Positions 61,656 through 64,000 of a stretch of 64,000 nt of DNA are shown piece after piece. The notes under the pieces were generated by a model. That model was given only the letters and a program-made list of their open reading frames with translations, was not told the origin of the DNA and made no database searches. The first letter of the stretch is position 1, and every line of letters begins with the position of its first letter. A program made the translations under genes and the position numbers. This stretch comes from an uncultured Solirubrobacterales bacterium (GTDB taxonomy: Bacteria > Actinomycetota > Thermoleophilia > Solirubrobacterales > Solirubrobacteraceae): contig CAWHTT010000009.1 in the NCBI GenBank assembly GCA_963832315.1, positions 14,110 to 78,109 on the forward strand. Direction: 5' to 3'.

Positions 61656-62991
61656 CACGCTGTTCGTCACCGGCCGCCTGGCGGAGCCGGCGGTGCGCTA
61701 CATCGTGTCCGAGCTGGAGATCGGCCACCAGATCGCCGTGATGAACATCAGCGTCGCCGCGCTGATGACCACGCGCTGGATCGCCCGGCGGCTCGAGGTG
61801 CCCGACGGGGTCGACAACATCGTGATCCCGGGGCTGTGCGACGGCGACGTCGACGCGTTGCAGCAGGCCACCGGGCTGCCGGTGCGTAAGGGCCCGGCCG
61901 ACGTCAGGGCGCTGCCGGAGTGGTACGGCCGCGAGGCGGTCCGGGCCGAGCTCGGGCCGCGTGACGTGCGCGTGTTCGCCGAGATAAACGGCGTGCAGTC
62001 GCTGACTCGCGAGCGGGTGATCGAGCGGGCGGAGGCGTATCGCGAGGAGGGCGCGGACGTGATCGACCTCGGACTGTCGCTCGATCAGCCGTGGCTGACC
62101 GAGGGCCCGGAGACGATCGCCGCCTTGCGCGAGCGCGGCCTGTCGCTCAGCATCGACACGCTCGACCCCGAGCACATCCGCATGGCCGACGCCGCCGGCG
62201 TGGATTATGTGCTGAGCCTCACGCCGGGCACGATCGACCTGGCCGAAACGCTGCGGGCCACCCCAGTGCTGATCACCGACGACCCCGATGACCTCGACGC
62301 GCTGGGCCGGATGGCGGCCCGGATGGACCAACTGAAGCGGCCCTACCTGCTCGACTCGATCCTGGCTCCGATCAACTCGGGCTTCGCCGCGTCCCTGGCC
62401 CGGTACGTGGAGGTCCGCCGCCGCCATCCCGACGCCGAGATGCTGATGGGGATCGGAAACCTGACCGAGCTCACCGAGGCCGACTCGACCGGGGTCACCG
62501 CGCTGCTGATCGGCTTCTGCCAGGAGGTCGGCATCGGCGCGGTGCTGACCACCGAGGTGATCGGCTGGGCCCGGGGCGCGGTACGCGAGACGGTGCTGGC
62601 GGCCGAGATCATGCACCTGGCCCAGCGCCAGGCGCGGCCGCCCAAGCACCTCGACTCGGGCCTGGTCACGAGCAAGGACGAGTCGATGCGCGCCCCCAGC
62701 GAGGATGAGCTGCGGGCGATGCAGGCGCAGATCTCCGACGCCAACTACCGGCTGTTCGCCGACGCCGAGTGGCTGTACGCGTTCAACGGCGAACGGTTCG
62801 TCCGCGAGGCCAACATGTACGCGGTGTTCGACCAGCTTGAGGTCGACGACGCCTCGCACGCCTTCTACCTCGGCAAGGAGCTGATGAAGGCCACGATCGC
62901 GCGCGGCCTGCACAAGAACTATCGCCAGGAAGGCCCGCTGGACTGGGGCCTTTTGAGCTTTCCCGAACCTCGACGGGAGGACGTCCCATGA
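61648..62991 (+). CDS. dihydropteroate synthase-like pterin-binding protein (H4MPT biosynthesis type)
   Basis: Central pterin-binding barrel (EGADVIDLGLS, SIDTLDPEHIR, MGIGNLTELTEADS) with extra N- and C-terminal domains, as in methanopterin-type DHPS homologues. Confidence 0.7.
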   Translation: MADTLFVTGRLAEPAVRYIVSELEIGHQIAVMNISVAALMTTRWIARRLEVPDGVDNIVIPGLCDGDVDALQQATGLPVRKGPADVRALPEWYGREAVRAELGPRDVRVFAEINGVQSLTRERVIERAEAYREEGADVIDLGLSLDQPWLTEGPETIAALRERGLSLSIDTLDPEHIRMADAAGVDYVLSLTPGTIDLAETLRATPVLITDDPDDLDALGRMAARMDQLKRPYLLDSILAPINSGFAASLARYVEVRRRHPDAEMLMGIGNLTELTEADSTGVTALLIGFCQEVGIGAVLTTEVIGWARGAVRETVLAAEIMHLAQRQARPPKHLDSGLVTSKDESMRAPSEDELRAMQAQISDANYRLFADAEWLYAFNGERFVREANMYAVFDQLEVDDASHAFYLGKELMKATIARGLHKNYRQEGPLDWGLLSFPEPRREDVP

Positions 62992-63848
62992 AGAAGATCC
63001 TGATCCAGCTCGACACCGACCAGCACCCCAGCGCGTTTGACGCAATTGCCGCCTACGACGCCGATGTCGACGTCGTGCTCGGATACGGCGAGATCACCGA
63101 CGAGAACCTGACCGACGTCGTCCAGGGCGCGATCTTCCCGCGCGGCCCCGACGGCTTGGCCAATACCGCGTTCTGGGTGGGAGGGTCCAAGGTGCGCGAC
63201 GGCGAGAAGGTGTTCGCAGCCGCCAAGAAGCTGTTCTTCGAGCCGTTCAACGCGTCGATCATGCTCGACTCGGACGGTTCGAACACGACCGCCGCCGCCG
63301 CCGTGGCCCGCGTGCGCGGTGCGGTTGATCTGAAAGGCGCCAAAGCGGCGGTGATCGGGGTCGGTCCCGTAGGACTGCGCACGGCCGAGCTGCTGCGTCG
63401 CGAGGAAGCCGAGGTGACCATGTTCACCTTCCCGCCCGACACGATGGAGGGCAAACACCGCCGGGCGTCGGGCGTTCCGGTCGCCGAGGAAGCCGGGTTC
63501 GAGGTCGTCGAGCCGGAGTCCAGCGACGACCTGGATGGGGCGCTCGCCGGCTTCGCTGTCGTGTTCGCCGCGGGCCCCGCGGGCACCCAGATCCTGCGGC
63601 GCAGCGGCTGGACGCAGGAGGGCGTGCGCGCGGTGGTCGACTACTCGGCGGCCGATCCGGTCGGGGTCGAGGGCGTCGACCGCGGCGACAGCCTCGAGGA
63701 GGAAGACGGGGTCCTCAAGCTGGGCGCGCTGGCGGTAGGCGGTCCCAAGATGAAGCTGCAAAAGGCCTGCATACGCGCCATGTTCGAGACCAAGGGCACC
63801 GTGCTCGACCTCGAGGGCGTCTACGACGTCGCGCTCGAGGCGCTGTGA
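62988..63848 (+). CDS. mtdB: NAD(P)-dependent methylenetetrahydromethanopterin dehydrogenase
   Basis: MKKILIQLDTDQHPSAFDAIAAYDADVD start and the IGVGPVGLR Rossmann motif. I cannot discriminate MtdA from MtdB by eye. ATGA overlap with the previous gene. Confidence 0.8.
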   Translation: MKKILIQLDTDQHPSAFDAIAAYDADVDVVLGYGEITDENLTDVVQGAIFPRGPDGLANTAFWVGGSKVRDGEKVFAAAKKLFFEPFNASIMLDSDGSNTTAAAAVARVRGAVDLKGAKAAVIGVGPVGLRTAELLRREEAEVTMFTFPPDTMEGKHRRASGVPVAEEAGFEVVEPESSDDLDGALAGFAVVFAAGPAGTQILRRSGWTQEGVRAVVDYSAADPVGVEGVDRGDSLEEEDGVLKLGALAVGGPKMKLQKACIRAMFETKGTVLDLEGVYDVALEAL

Positions 63849-64000
63849 GCTATTTCTTCGAGAACACGAACTTCCCCATCGGCCCGTCGAGCGGGCCGTC
63901 GGGCTCCGGCCGCCAGAGGATCGTGTCCTCGATCTTGCGCGCCAGGGTGAAGTCCTTGTCGGTGATGCCGCCAGCCGAATGCGTGGCCAGCTTGACCCAG
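63849..64000 (-). CDS. 3' end of an unidentified convergent gene (partial)
   Basis: The minus strand reads ..WVKLATHSAGGITDKDFTLARKIEDTILWRPEPDGPLDGPMGKFVFSKK then TAG at 63849..63851. It is open to the window edge. No family recognised. Confidence 0.4.

Noticed and set aside
1-64000. Mobile elements, prophage, tRNA, rRNA and defence systems.
   Set aside because: I saw no transposase, integrase, recombinase, phage structural, restriction-modification, toxin-antitoxin or cas-like products among the credible ORFs. I also recognised no tRNA-like cloverleaf or rRNA segment by eye. A tRNA/ncRNA scanner would be needed to exclude small RNAs formally.

Overview
Dense, very GC-rich bacterial chromosomal segment (roughly 70 percent or more by eye, not computed). 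It has actinobacterial-style features: many GTG/TTG starts, 4-nt ATGA/GTGA stop-start overlaps, an MMPL transporter, and an IclR/GylR-type regulator beside glpF. The taxonomic guess is inference only. I call about 65 protein genes and saw no rRNA, tRNA, CRISPR array, transposase or integrase. Block 1 (1-23 kb) holds mixed housekeeping and envelope genes: LuxR-type response regulator, SDR, queA, USP, LysR, two secreted sedolisin-type S53 peptidases, tag, TauE, a methyltransferase-deacetylase-epimerase trio, an ABC-2 exporter, cupin, FUSC protein, MMPL, patatin and an acyltransferase. Block 2 (23-39.6 kb) is a glycerol/dihydroxyacetone block: glpK copy 1, an IclR regulator, then a long plus-strand operon glpF-dhaK-dhaL-glpK-glpA-glpB-glpC-dhaM::HPr::EI-pgsA-epimerase. 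Block 3 (40.3-63.8 kb) is a one-carbon island. It contains pqqABCDE, where pqqA is a 24-codon gene missing from the ORF track, plus a translationally coupled R2-like di-iron protein. It also contains a complete tetrahydromethanopterin/methanofuran-linked formaldehyde oxidation module (fae, mtdB, mch, fhcABCD) with cofactor-biosynthesis genes: folE, DUF447, mptG, mfnB-, mfnE- and mfnF-like genes, two ATP-grasp ligases, and CitG-like, HisA/F-like and DHPS-like genes. Five genes (dhaL, glpB, glpC, mfnE-like, mfnF-like) are each split by one extra base, four of the five clearly in short homopolymers. The sequence alone cannot say whether this is sequencing error or real decay. Most long six-frame ORFs lying antisense or out of frame to these genes are GC-driven artefacts.
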